Assembly: GCA_964636385.1 (NCBI GenBank)
Contig: CAZWSC010000096.1
Coordinates: 131,593-195,592 of the forward strand
DNA from: an uncultured bacterium
GTDB lineage: Bacteria; Eisenbacteria; RBG-16-71-46; CAIMUX01
Reading direction: 5' to 3'
DNA: 64,000 nt
Shown here: positions 37,324 through 45,974 of the stretch, piece by piece
Numbering within the stretch: position 1 is the first letter of the stretch
Layout: each line of letters begins with the position of its first letter
Notes under the pieces: generated by a model
The model's database searches: none
Told to the model about the DNA's origin: nothing
The model's input: the letters and a program-made list of their open reading frames with translations, nothing else
Made by a program: the position numbers and the translations under genes

Positions 37324-38049
37324 GTGGCACACAACCGGGAAGTGGAGACAGAGATCAAGCTGGCTTTGCCGGACGAGGCCGTCTACAGGAAACTGCGTGA
37401 CCTGCTGGGCCGTCCACTGCGTGCAACCCAGCAGGAGAACAGGTTCCTGGACGGGCCTGACGGTGATCTCCGCTTTCGCAAGGCAGTGTTGCGCCTGAGG
37501 CGGGAGCTGGAGATCCTGCCTGACGCGGCCTCGCCCGGTGTGCCGGCCGGCGAGCGCGTCTACCTGACCCTTAAGACTGAGGGGAGAGTGAGCGGTGCGG
37601 TTCACACCAGGGGCGAAATCGAGGCCGAGGTGACGCCGTGTTCCGGAGCTTTCCGGCCGGATCCCGGTTGGCTCATGACCCTGGACCTGGAACCGGTTCG
37701 AGTGGTGCGGCAAATGCTTCCGGGGCTGAAACGTCTCGTTGACCAGGGCGGCTTCAGCAACTATCGGGAGGTGTTTGCCGCTCCTGCCGGGTCCCGGCGT
37801 CTTTCGGACTCTCTTTGGGAGCTGGATCGAACCGAGTTCCCCGGCGGCATGGTGCATTACGAACTCGAGGTGGAGCTCGCCCGGTCTGCTCCCGGCAAGC
37901 CAGGTGCCCTTCAAGGCACCGAATGTGGATTGATGGAATCGCGGGCTGAACTGGAGCTGTACGGGGTCCTGCAGTCATGGAGCATCCCTGTCGTGGCCCA
38001 GCCGGCCTCGAAGTATGAACGCTGGCTCGGTTACAGATCTGCCCACTGA
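37324..38049 (+). CDS. CYTH-domain protein (triphosphate tunnel metalloenzyme; CyaB/ThTPase-like)
   Basis: N-terminal EVETEIKLAL matches the CYTH ExExK signature. Further acidic and Arg residues are spaced as in CYTH. About 60-aa C-terminal extension. Confidence 0.65.
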   Translation: MAHNREVETEIKLALPDEAVYRKLRDLLGRPLRATQQENRFLDGPDGDLRFRKAVLRLRRELEILPDAASPGVPAGERVYLTLKTEGRVSGAVHTRGEIEAEVTPCSGAFRPDPGWLMTLDLEPVRVVRQMLPGLKRLVDQGGFSNYREVFAAPAGSRRLSDSLWELDRTEFPGGMVHYELEVELARSAPGKPGALQGTECGLMESRAELELYGVLQSWSIPVVAQPASKYERWLGYRSAH

Positions 38050-38108
38050 CGCGTGCGGCACGGATCAGCAGGCGACCTGGAAGGTGGTCTCCATTTCGGA
38101 GGTGTCGG

Positions 38109-38894
38109 ATGAAGCACGGACTCCTGCTCTCAAGCTGGAACGTCAACTCGATAAGGGTACGCGAGGATCACGTCGCCAGGTGGCTCCGTGAGGCACAGCC
38201 TGATCTTCTGGCGATCCAGGAGCTCAAGGTGGAGAAGGATTCCTTTCCAGCGACCCAGTTTGAGGCGGCCGGATACACGGTGGAGGTGAATGGGCAGAAG
38301 AGCTGGAACGGTGTCGCCCTGATCTCCAGAGATCCTCTGACTCAAGTTGAGCTCGGGATACCAGAGCTTCCGGGAGACCCGCAGGCAAGAATCCTGTCCG
38401 TAACCTGGCGCGACATTCGTGTCTTCAACCTCTACGTGCCGAACGGGCAGGCCGTTGGAACGGAGAAGTACGTCTACAAGCTGGAGTGGTTGAGGGCACT
38501 CTTCCACCACATAGCCGGCCGGTACAGACCGCAGGACCCTCTGATTATGATGGGTGACTTCAACATCGCCCCCGAAGACCGAGACATCTATGACCCGGCC
38601 GGGTTCCGGGACCAGGTTCTGTTCAGCGGTCCGGAGCACGATGCCCTGAACCGCCTTCTGGATTGGGGGTTCGTGGACCTGTTCCGGCTTCACCACGATG
38701 ATCCAGGGCTGTACTCCTGGTGGGATTACCGTCAGGGCGCATTCAGGCGGAACCACGGGGCGCGGATCGACCTGATCCTGGCGACCAGATCCCTGGCGCG
38801 GATGTCAGTCTCCTCGGAAATCGACGTTGGGCCGCGGAAGTGGAGCCGGCCGTCCGATCACACTCCGGTGACAGCTCGCCTGCTTCGCGGTTGA
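38109..38894 (+). CDS. xthA: Exodeoxyribonuclease III
   Basis: MKHGLLLSSWNVNSIRVRE...LLAIQELKV, NGQAVGTEKYVYKLEWL, MGDFNIAPEDRDIYDP and a C-terminal SDHTPV motif. Confidence 0.9.
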   Translation: MKHGLLLSSWNVNSIRVREDHVARWLREAQPDLLAIQELKVEKDSFPATQFEAAGYTVEVNGQKSWNGVALISRDPLTQVELGIPELPGDPQARILSVTWRDIRVFNLYVPNGQAVGTEKYVYKLEWLRALFHHIAGRYRPQDPLIMMGDFNIAPEDRDIYDPAGFRDQVLFSGPEHDALNRLLDWGFVDLFRLHHDDPGLYSWWDYRQGAFRRNHGARIDLILATRSLARMSVSSEIDVGPRKWSRPSDHTPVTARLLRG

Positions 38895-39217
38895 ACTCCG
38901 TTCTCAGACCTGGCAGCAGTTCGTCCGAAGGTGGCCACTCCGCAGTTCACCCCTGCCGGCAGACTGCTCAGATAGCCCTGGAGCGGTTCGTTGCGTACAT
39001 CACTTCTCGATGGTGAAATGTAGACAGAGATTGCTGAGCCTTTCGGGGGTATAATGGAGGTGCGCCGGGGTGGAACTGAGGGTCCGCCAGGAGGGCGGCG
39101 GAACCGGCAAGGCCATGGGAGCGGCAGGACAGCAAAGGAAATCCCGTCGCTTTCATGGAACAGGCATCAGAGGAAGAACATCCTTGGCCGGACCGACCGG
39201 AAAGCGAGGCGAAAGCC

Positions 39218-39694
39218 ATGAGTACCGCCCAGACAATCATCAAGAACGAGGAGTTCCTCAAGGATCACCGCAGGATCCGCCGCCGGTTGCTGCGTCTGAG
39301 GGACCATTCGGGCCCGGATGCGGGCTTCCCCTCAGTACTCAGCTCGCTGGTTGCCTGCATGGTGGAGATCGAGGGCCTTCTGCCCGAGCTTTCCAGCCAC
39401 TTCAGCCAGACGCAGGAGCTCGTGCACGACTCCGCGTACTCCGCGGATGTGTCCAACGAGGCGATGCAGATTCTGGAGCAGACGATGAGCCGCCACATCC
39501 CCCACCTGAGGGAACTGCGCGCGTTGCTGGATAGCGGGCGGCGTCTGATCCAGGAGCTGCGGGCAGGCAGGGACGCGGCCTCCATGGGAGAAGCTCTGAG
39601 GATGTACCTGCACGCCTGTGCGCTCGATCTGCTGGACCAGGTGAGCAGGGAAGAGGTTCTGATCTTCTCTCCGGAGGTTTCCGGGAGCGCGTGA
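39218..39694 (+). CDS. Hypothetical helical protein (possibly hemerythrin-like), function unknown
   Basis: ATG 39218 preceded by GAGG. Several spaced His residues (HRRI, RDH, HFSQ, VHD, HIPH, YLHACALDLLD). Weak resemblance only. An alternative upstream ATG at 39155. Confidence 0.4.
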   Translation: MSTAQTIIKNEEFLKDHRRIRRRLLRLRDHSGPDAGFPSVLSSLVACMVEIEGLLPELSSHFSQTQELVHDSAYSADVSNEAMQILEQTMSRHIPHLRELRALLDSGRRLIQELRAGRDAASMGEALRMYLHACALDLLDQVSREEVLIFSPEVSGSA

Positions 39695-39710
39695 TCAACT
39701 TCGGGGACAG

Positions 39711-39752
39711 GGCCTTCCGCCGGAATCCATCCGGCCTTTCCGGCGGAAGGCC
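39711..39752. terminator. Stem-loop between convergent genes (putative bidirectional terminator)
   Basis: 13-bp stem GGCCTTCCGCCGG...CCGGCGGAAGGCC with a 16-nt loop, between the stops of the 39218 gene (39694) and the 39827 gene. Confidence 0.4.
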
Positions 39753-39826
39753 GCGACCCCGCCGGGGGGAACAACGGCGGGGCCGGGTGCGACTGCGTCA
39801 GCATCTGCATGGGCGAAACCGGATCG

Positions 39827-40090
39827 CTATTGGCGTGACTTCCTCCGTCCCCATCCCAGGTACCACCCGGCGGCCAGGCCCAGGCACGCCGCGGTTGCGA
39901 TGATCGTACCCGGATGCTCCTGGACGTAGGTTTCCGTCTGGCGGCTCGCCTTGTACAACCCTCCCATCATGCTCTCCCTTACTCCCTGAGCCCAATCTGT
40001 TGCAGTCGAAGTCCACGCCTGACCCTTTTGGAAGACCGGATCGTCCGGGGTCGGGCCATCGAAGACCCTAACACTCAGTTTCGGTGACAT
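39827..40090 (-). CDS. Small DUF883/YqjD/ElaB-like protein with C-terminal membrane anchor
   Basis: ATG 40090 with RBS AAGGAG 5 nt upstream. C-terminal EHPGTIIATAACLGLAAGWYLGWGRRK hydrophobic tail typical of ElaB/YqjD. The longer ORF-track extension to 40357 is not protein-like. Confidence 0.45.
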   Translation of the reverse strand: MSPKLSVRVFDGPTPDDPVFQKGQAWTSTATDWAQGVRESMMGGLYKASRQTETYVQEHPGTIIATAACLGLAAGWYLGWGRRKSRQ

Positions 40091-40109
40091 CGTGATCTCC
40101 TTCTGCTGG

Positions 40110-40146
40110 TCAGGACTCCCATCCTTGCGGCTCAGGACTCGCATCC
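40110..40146. repeat. Short tandem direct repeat in a lower-GC intergenic region
   Basis: TCAGGACTCCCATCC (40110-40124) and TCAGGACTCGCATCC (40132-40146), period 22 nt, upstream (minus strand) of the DUF883-like gene. Confidence 0.4.
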
Positions 40147-40442
40147 GGTGAGCCCGGGGCGGTGATTCACTTCGCCGGAGCTTCAAGCTTCGTGCCCTGA
40201 AGCCCGCGCCTTCGACAAATCTGAACGCGTGCAATGTGTCGGTTATCCCCATGTGATCAAGTAGATTGCCGGAGGGTGGCAGCCCGATGCGAAGATTCGG
40301 AGGCTTGTCCCGCCCTGGGACACCTGTTGGATGAGTGCAATCTGACGGATCTGCCATTACGGCAGGTGCACATTGCAGTTTCTTATGGGTGTACCAGGGA
40401 GGGGGTACCTTCCAGTCTGATCAGGCAGGGAATCTGCCGGCC

Positions 40443-41849
40443 TCAGTCGAGCCCGAACTCGGAGAGTGTGACCCCGATGCGGACCGGACCCCGCCTGTGT
40501 CCCATGGGCCATGCGAAGTCTATCTGGACGTAGGAGAGGATTCCGCTCAGGTCGACGCTCCTTCGAAGGCCGAATCCGAGATCCCAGAGGAAATCACTCC
40601 CCCTGGGCCCGCACAGGTCGGAGACGCGGTGAACAGGGCCGTCTCCCCAGACGGCCCCCCCTTCGATGAATGGAACCAGCGTGAGGTTGAGATCCCTGAC
40701 TACCGGTAGTGTCGTACGACTGATCAGCATGTCGGCCAGACGGTACTCCAGCCTTCCGAAGATGCGGCTTGTTCCCACAAGTGTGTCCGGCGTGTCGTGC
40801 CCGCGGGGAGGGAAGGCCTTCAGACCGGCACTGCCACCGAGATCTCCGAGTGCCTGGCGCGGAGCCCGTCCCGTGGCAAGTGTGGCCGCACCGCGAAGCT
40901 GAACCGTGTCTTCGGAGCGTACAGGCCTGGTATACCAGAGATCTGCCGAGAGACGGCCGTACTCACGGCTTCCACCCAGGATGCTGCCCCCATAGACAGA
41001 AGCCTCTGCATCCAGGATGAGTCCCCTGACCGAGGCCTCCGAGATGTACATGGGCTGCCGCATGAAGGAGATGCCGATCCCGTTGAGGGTGACCGGATCA
41101 GCCTGCTCGTTGACTGCCATCCAGCTGTCAGAACCGAAAAGCCGCCAGTCTGTAACAGGATCCACCGGCGTCTGCCGCATCCGGTTCCACCCCAGGCGGA
41201 TCCGGCTGTCGGGATCGAAGCTCCATGCGATGCCGGCTGCTCCCTTCCTCTCGTCCATGTAGTTTCCGGCATCATAGCCGGCAATCAGGGCCATCAGGGT
41301 TGTCCCATACGGGCTGTGGTTTCCGAATGGCCGAATCTCCGACTGTCCCTCCAGCCACAGACTCAGGCCTTCATGTCCGGGAACAGGGATCTCCAGTTCT
41401 CCCATGGCAGCCGGGCGTTCGCGGCCCGTATCGTAGCCCGCAATCAGGGTCAATCGCCTGATGAGGGCGACGCGCCATCCAAGTGTAAGACCACCCTCAA
41501 GGTGGAATCCCTCCGCCTTGGTATAGCGCAGCCCGAACTCGGGGGATATGCGCCGATGCGATTCCTGTGCAACCACGGCATCATAGGCGGCCATGACACT
41601 GTCCCACGTGTCGGGTTGAAACGCGGGTGTGAAATCCTCGTAGTCGCCGTCCTCGTCCCACTCCAGAAGGGATTTGTGGACAGGCGACGCAGGCTCCGGC
41701 GAGCCGGAAAGAACGGGCGTCAATGCCGGCGTCTGCTTGTCATCCTCTGACCCGATGGAGATCGACTGGGTAATGCCCAGGAGCAGAAGGCTGAGCAGGG
41801 CCGAAAGAGCTTTAACACCTGTCGTGTTCCCGAAACGGGGGGGTGTCAT
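40443..41849 (-). CDS. Secreted protein, probable outer-membrane beta-barrel, hypothetical
   Basis: ATG 41849 (MTPPRFGNTTGVKALSALLSLLLLGITQS) gives a signal peptide. Alternating aromatic/Gly-rich beta-strand-like composition. No family recognised. Confidence 0.5.
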   Translation of the reverse strand: MTPPRFGNTTGVKALSALLSLLLLGITQSISIGSEDDKQTPALTPVLSGSPEPASPVHKSLLEWDEDGDYEDFTPAFQPDTWDSVMAAYDAVVAQESHRRISPEFGLRYTKAEGFHLEGGLTLGWRVALIRRLTLIAGYDTGRERPAAMGELEIPVPGHEGLSLWLEGQSEIRPFGNHSPYGTTLMALIAGYDAGNYMDERKGAAGIAWSFDPDSRIRLGWNRMRQTPVDPVTDWRLFGSDSWMAVNEQADPVTLNGIGISFMRQPMYISEASVRGLILDAEASVYGGSILGGSREYGRLSADLWYTRPVRSEDTVQLRGAATLATGRAPRQALGDLGGSAGLKAFPPRGHDTPDTLVGTSRIFGRLEYRLADMLISRTTLPVVRDLNLTLVPFIEGGAVWGDGPVHRVSDLCGPRGSDFLWDLGFGLRRSVDLSGILSYVQIDFAWPMGHRRGPVRIGVTLSEFGLD

Positions 41850-42304
41850 CGGAGGGTTGTGGAAGGTGTCCGGTTGATTGATCAACGCCGTTTGCCTCCA
41901 TCCTCGATCGCCGGCTTCCCGGGCCCGGGCCGCGGCTCTGCCCCGGACCGCCTGCTGACAAGGCCAGCAGGATACCACACGCCGGGATCCCCGGCCTCGG
42001 CTACTCCACCTTCATCCTGCGGGCAGGTGACAAGCGGCAGGATCCCTGCACGGCGCGGAGGTGACGGTGCATGGCGGCTCCGGCAGCGGTCCCGCAGTTC
42101 CGGCGCGGCGCTGCCGGGCGCGGACCTCGTAACGAATGGTGTGTCAATCAGTTGCATCACGCAATGTGAGGCTTCGGGAGTCCCTTCCGCCCCGTGCCGC
42201 GTCCGCTCCCGATGCTTCGTTCTGATGTGTGAGAAGGGTGCTGACTAACTATGCCGTTGGGCCGGGCCGATACCTGACTCGGAGTTCGCCAGGCAATCAC
42301 TGGT

Positions 42305-44215
42305 GTGAACCGGTTCCGGACGTGCGGGAAGGACAGGCAGATCCAGGCGTCGAGGTTCAGTGCTCTTCATGAGTATGGAGAGAGGATGCCTGAATGGAGA
42401 ACCGCGAATATGAGCGTTGACTCGCTGGGGGCAGAGGAGATCATTGCCGACGAATCATCCTGTTCGGGCGATCGGATCGTGATGGACCCCGACGCGGATC
42501 GGGACAACAGGACCGCGGCCGGCCGCCTCATGTCATCCCTTGGCGTGCCCGTGGTGACCGCTTCCGTCTTCTTCGCGCTTGGCCTCTGGTGCACGAACAC
42601 GGGTCCGGCGTTGACCCCCGACTCGGTGCAGTATCTCAGCGCGGCTCAGAACATCGCAGCTGGGCACGGAGTGGTCACGTCAATGACGCCACTCGAGATA
42701 ACACCTCCGCGTGTTCCCTTCGCTGCCTGGCCTCCCCTGTATCCCCTTCTGCTCTCGGCGGGGAGCCTGCTTTCCGGTCAGGCGGGCGGGTTGCCTTCAG
42801 CACCGATCGAGTGGGCCAGGGTGATGAATCTCCTGGCCGCTGCGCTGGCCGTCTTCCCGCTTGCAGCGCTGACCCGCTGGTCGGCCGGATCCATATGGGT
42901 TGCGCCCGTTCTCATATTCTATGCAGTCTTCCTTCCAATCCATGTTGCGGCATCCTTCATCTGGTCCGAGAGCCTGTTTAACCTCCTCCTGCTCATCTCA
43001 TTGGCATGCCTGGTCCGCGGGCTCATCGAATCCCGTCGGCGGTGGCAGGAGCTTGTGCGCATATCGGAGCTATGCCCGCATGGGGATATGCACACATGGC
43101 CACCAGCCTCGCCCAGCAAAGTCCGCCGGGATCCGGCCTGGACGTGGTTCCTGGCTGCCGGGCTCGCCGCCTCGCTTGCCACATTGACGCGCTACCTCGG
43201 GTTGAGCATTCTGCTGGCGGGATCTGTCGCCCTGATCATAAGGTCGGAGACCTGCAGCATGCGCAAGATAGCCGGGCGTCTTGCGCTTTTCATTCTGCCC
43301 GGAGGGCTACCGATCGGTCTGTGGGTACTGCGGAACAGGGTGCAGACCGGCTACTTCTTCGGGGAGCTTCGGCCTGAATCCCATCTTGGTCTCGAGGGTG
43401 TTCTGCACGGCACCTTGCGGGCACTGGCGGTGGACTGGGCAGCGCCTTCGGCCTTCGCCGAGCCGGTTCTGGTCGTTGCGGGAGCCATTGCCGGGATGAT
43501 CGGGTTCACCTGGCTTCTGGGCACGGCTGTCCGCCGTTTCGGGCCCGGGACCACGGAAACGCATGACTGGAGGCTTACGACTGTCACGGTACTGATGTGC
43601 TTCGTCACATGCTACCTGGGCAGCATAGTCCTCTCGGCAGTCAGGGTTGTTTACGATTCCATGAACTCGCGCCTGCTGATGTCCGCCTATCCTGCGATGC
43701 TTGTGCTTCTGGCGGTTGCGGTGAAGGGGGCATATGAGCACCCTTCCACGGGCAGGGGGGTGAGGGTGTCACTGTGGGCGGCCGGTCTGGTACTGGTGCT
43801 TCTCAACCTGGGAGCGACCGTCCGATATGCTGCAGGTCCCAGGGAATCGAGAGAGATGAGCTGGCCCTACTGGCGCAGTGTTGTCTGGGGCAACCCCGCG
43901 TGGGCCGATGAAGCCGGATTCCGGGCCGTCGGGGCACTCCCGGAGGGGACGGTCGTCCTTTCCAACATATGGGAGGCCGTAACACTCCATACCGGCCGGC
44001 CCAGCAAGCCTCTGCCGCCTGTCCGGGATAACGGCTTTCCGGGGAACGTGCTCCTATACGAGGGCGCTTACATTCTTGTTGATCAGCACGAGCGGCACGA
44101 TGTTGTCGGCGTTGCGGAGATCGAGTCGATCGGCACCACGCCTCCCGGTATTGTGCCCGTCGGAGAGTGGGGGGCGATGCGCCTCTACCGGATCCGCCAC
44201 GAGATCGATCCATGA
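42305..44215 (+). CDS. GT-C fold glycosyltransferase-like polytopic membrane protein (ArnT/PMT, GT39/GT83-like)
   Basis: First periplasmic-loop motif PDSVQYLSAAQNIAAGHG resembles the DE-x-x-Y...A...G-x-G loop of ArnT/PMT enzymes. About 11-13 TM helices plus a C-terminal soluble domain. Alternative starts at 42386 (RBS GGAGAGAGG) and 42410. Confidence 0.55.
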   Translation: MNRFRTCGKDRQIQASRFSALHEYGERMPEWRTANMSVDSLGAEEIIADESSCSGDRIVMDPDADRDNRTAAGRLMSSLGVPVVTASVFFALGLWCTNTGPALTPDSVQYLSAAQNIAAGHGVVTSMTPLEITPPRVPFAAWPPLYPLLLSAGSLLSGQAGGLPSAPIEWARVMNLLAAALAVFPLAALTRWSAGSIWVAPVLIFYAVFLPIHVAASFIWSESLFNLLLLISLACLVRGLIESRRRWQELVRISELCPHGDMHTWPPASPSKVRRDPAWTWFLAAGLAASLATLTRYLGLSILLAGSVALIIRSETCSMRKIAGRLALFILPGGLPIGLWVLRNRVQTGYFFGELRPESHLGLEGVLHGTLRALAVDWAAPSAFAEPVLVVAGAIAGMIGFTWLLGTAVRRFGPGTTETHDWRLTTVTVLMCFVTCYLGSIVLSAVRVVYDSMNSRLLMSAYPAMLVLLAVAVKGAYEHPSTGRGVRVSLWAAGLVLVLLNLGATVRYAAGPRESREMSWPYWRSVVWGNPAWADEAGFRAVGALPEGTVVLSNIWEAVTLHTGRPSKPLPPVRDNGFPGNVLLYEGAYILVDQHERHDVVGVAEIESIGTTPPGIVPVGEWGAMRLYRIRHEIDP

Positions 44216-44253
44216 TGGCGTACGGGAACCATGCTTCAGGGAGGGGAGAATCC

Positions 44254-45849
44254 ATGATGAAGCGGCTTGCCGCTCTTCTCCTGCTGATCCTTCTGCAATC
44301 CGCAACTGCCCGGGGAGTCGACATCGATGGGATGCTTGAGCAGGCGCGCGAGGCATCGCACCGTGACGACCATGCGACCGCCATCGAGTTGTACAGGGAT
44401 GTCATCCGGGCGGATCCCGCAATGCATGACTCGGTGGCTGCCGGGCTCGCATCCCAGCTGACGTGGGCCGGCAGGTACGAGGAAGCCATAGGGGAGTTTT
44501 CCAGGCTGCTGGAGCGCAATCCCAACCGGATCGAGGCATGGCGGGGCCTTGCCCTGGCGCAGTCGTGGAGTGGTGATACGAAGGGGGCCCTGCGGAGCTT
44601 CGGGAAGATCCGCGAGCTGGACCCCGGGGACCGCGCGGCCCGTCTTGGCGAGGCCAGGATGAACTCGTGGCTGGGCAGATCGACCCGTGCCCTTCGCCAG
44701 TACGAGAGCCTCGTGCATGACTATCCAGGTGACCGTGACGCAGCCCTTGGCCTGGCCCAGCTGCACAACTGGCGCGGGGATCACCGGAAGTCCTGGAGGA
44801 TGTACGAGGAGCTGCTGGAGGCGGACTCCACAGGCGGGGGTAGCGGGCCCTGGGAGGGCCTCGCTCTCGCCAGGGACTGGACCGGGAGGGCGGATCTGGC
44901 CCTGGAGGCGTTGTCCGTCCCGCGCTCGCTTGGGCTTGAGAGCGAGAGCAGTATGAAGCTTGAGCGTCAGATCCTGAGACGGTGGCCTGTGAGGATCGAG
45001 ACTGCATCGGACTGGAGCATCGACTCGGATGAGTTCTCCTCGATGACTGTGCGCCTCGAAACGGAGGCCCCGGTGCGTCACAGAGGCAGGCTCCGGTTCG
45101 GATTCCAGCGGGAGCGCTTTGAGCAGCCTGGAGAACGGTCTCACACGGACATCTGGCTTCGCGCCTCGGGTGACTACAGGCCGGCGACATTCCTGGCCGT
45201 TCGCGGGGCGTTAGCCTCCTGCGTGGATCCGCCTGCCGGATCGGATCACACTCCGGTCCATGCCGATGCAGGAGCTACCTGGCTTCCGGCCGACCGCCTG
45301 CGGCTGGACCTGAGCTACTCCCGCTTCACGATCTTCACCTATCCTGTCTTTCCGGACAGGGTTTCTGCGGATCTGATCGGGGGCGCGCTGGACTTCCGTC
45401 CGCACTACCTCACGACCCTGATTCTGTCCGCCGACAGGATCTCGTACTCGGATGACAACAGCCGCTGGAGTCTGCGTGGATGGGGGAGGTGGTGGGTGCT
45501 TCACCGGCCGTTGCGTGCCTGGGTAATGGCCGGCGCGCACGCAATGGACTTCGATCGATGGACCGGCAACGGATACTGGAGTCCGCAGGACTACCGCGCC
45601 TTCTACGGCCGTCTGGAAATCGAACAGGATCCCATGACGGGACTGACACTTCTTGCCGGAACTGACGGAGGCTATGCCGCGGAAGGGAGCGGCTCCCTGT
45701 CGCCGTACTTCTCCTGGTACGGCGGCGCCGTATGGCGCTGGAGGGGGTTGAGGCTGGAAGGCAGGGCCGGGCATGCGGACTCGAACCTGGAGACCGGCCG
45801 TGGATATGAGAGGACCTACGCATCCATCTCGGCAGGCTTCTCCTTCTGA
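44254..45849 (+). CDS. TPR-repeat + C-terminal beta-barrel outer-membrane protein (PgaA/BcsC-like export porin architecture)
   Basis: ATG 44254 preceded by GGAGGGGAG. Signal peptide MMKRLAALLLLILLQSATA. About 5 TPR repeats, then about 280 aa of beta-strand-like sequence ending in a terminal Phe (...ASISAGFSF), the classical OMP C-terminal signature. Confidence 0.62.
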   Translation: MMKRLAALLLLILLQSATARGVDIDGMLEQAREASHRDDHATAIELYRDVIRADPAMHDSVAAGLASQLTWAGRYEEAIGEFSRLLERNPNRIEAWRGLALAQSWSGDTKGALRSFGKIRELDPGDRAARLGEARMNSWLGRSTRALRQYESLVHDYPGDRDAALGLAQLHNWRGDHRKSWRMYEELLEADSTGGGSGPWEGLALARDWTGRADLALEALSVPRSLGLESESSMKLERQILRRWPVRIETASDWSIDSDEFSSMTVRLETEAPVRHRGRLRFGFQRERFEQPGERSHTDIWLRASGDYRPATFLAVRGALASCVDPPAGSDHTPVHADAGATWLPADRLRLDLSYSRFTIFTYPVFPDRVSADLIGGALDFRPHYLTTLILSADRISYSDDNSRWSLRGWGRWWVLHRPLRAWVMAGAHAMDFDRWTGNGYWSPQDYRAFYGRLEIEQDPMTGLTLLAGTDGGYAAEGSGSLSPYFSWYGGAVWRWRGLRLEGRAGHADSNLETGRGYERTYASISAGFSF

Positions 45850-45974
45850 CGCCGGGCCGATCAGCCCCGATGCGACATGACTCAGCGGGCGACGTTCAGC
45901 CCCGACGCGACGCGGCTCCGCGCGCGGTCCGGCCGTCCCGCGCCGTGGAGCCATGTCGCATGCAGGCCATTCAC

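Noticed and set aside
39827-40357. Full 176-aa version of the DUF883-like ORF
   Set aside because: The N-terminal 89 aa are not protein-like and lack an RBS, whereas the internal ATG at 40090 has a consensus AAGGAG. The short form was retained.
41859-42248. 129-aa plus-strand ORF in the divergent region between the OMP gene and the GT-C gene
   Set aside because: Pro/Arg/Ser/Gly-rich low-complexity product with no RBS; more likely non-coding promoter region.
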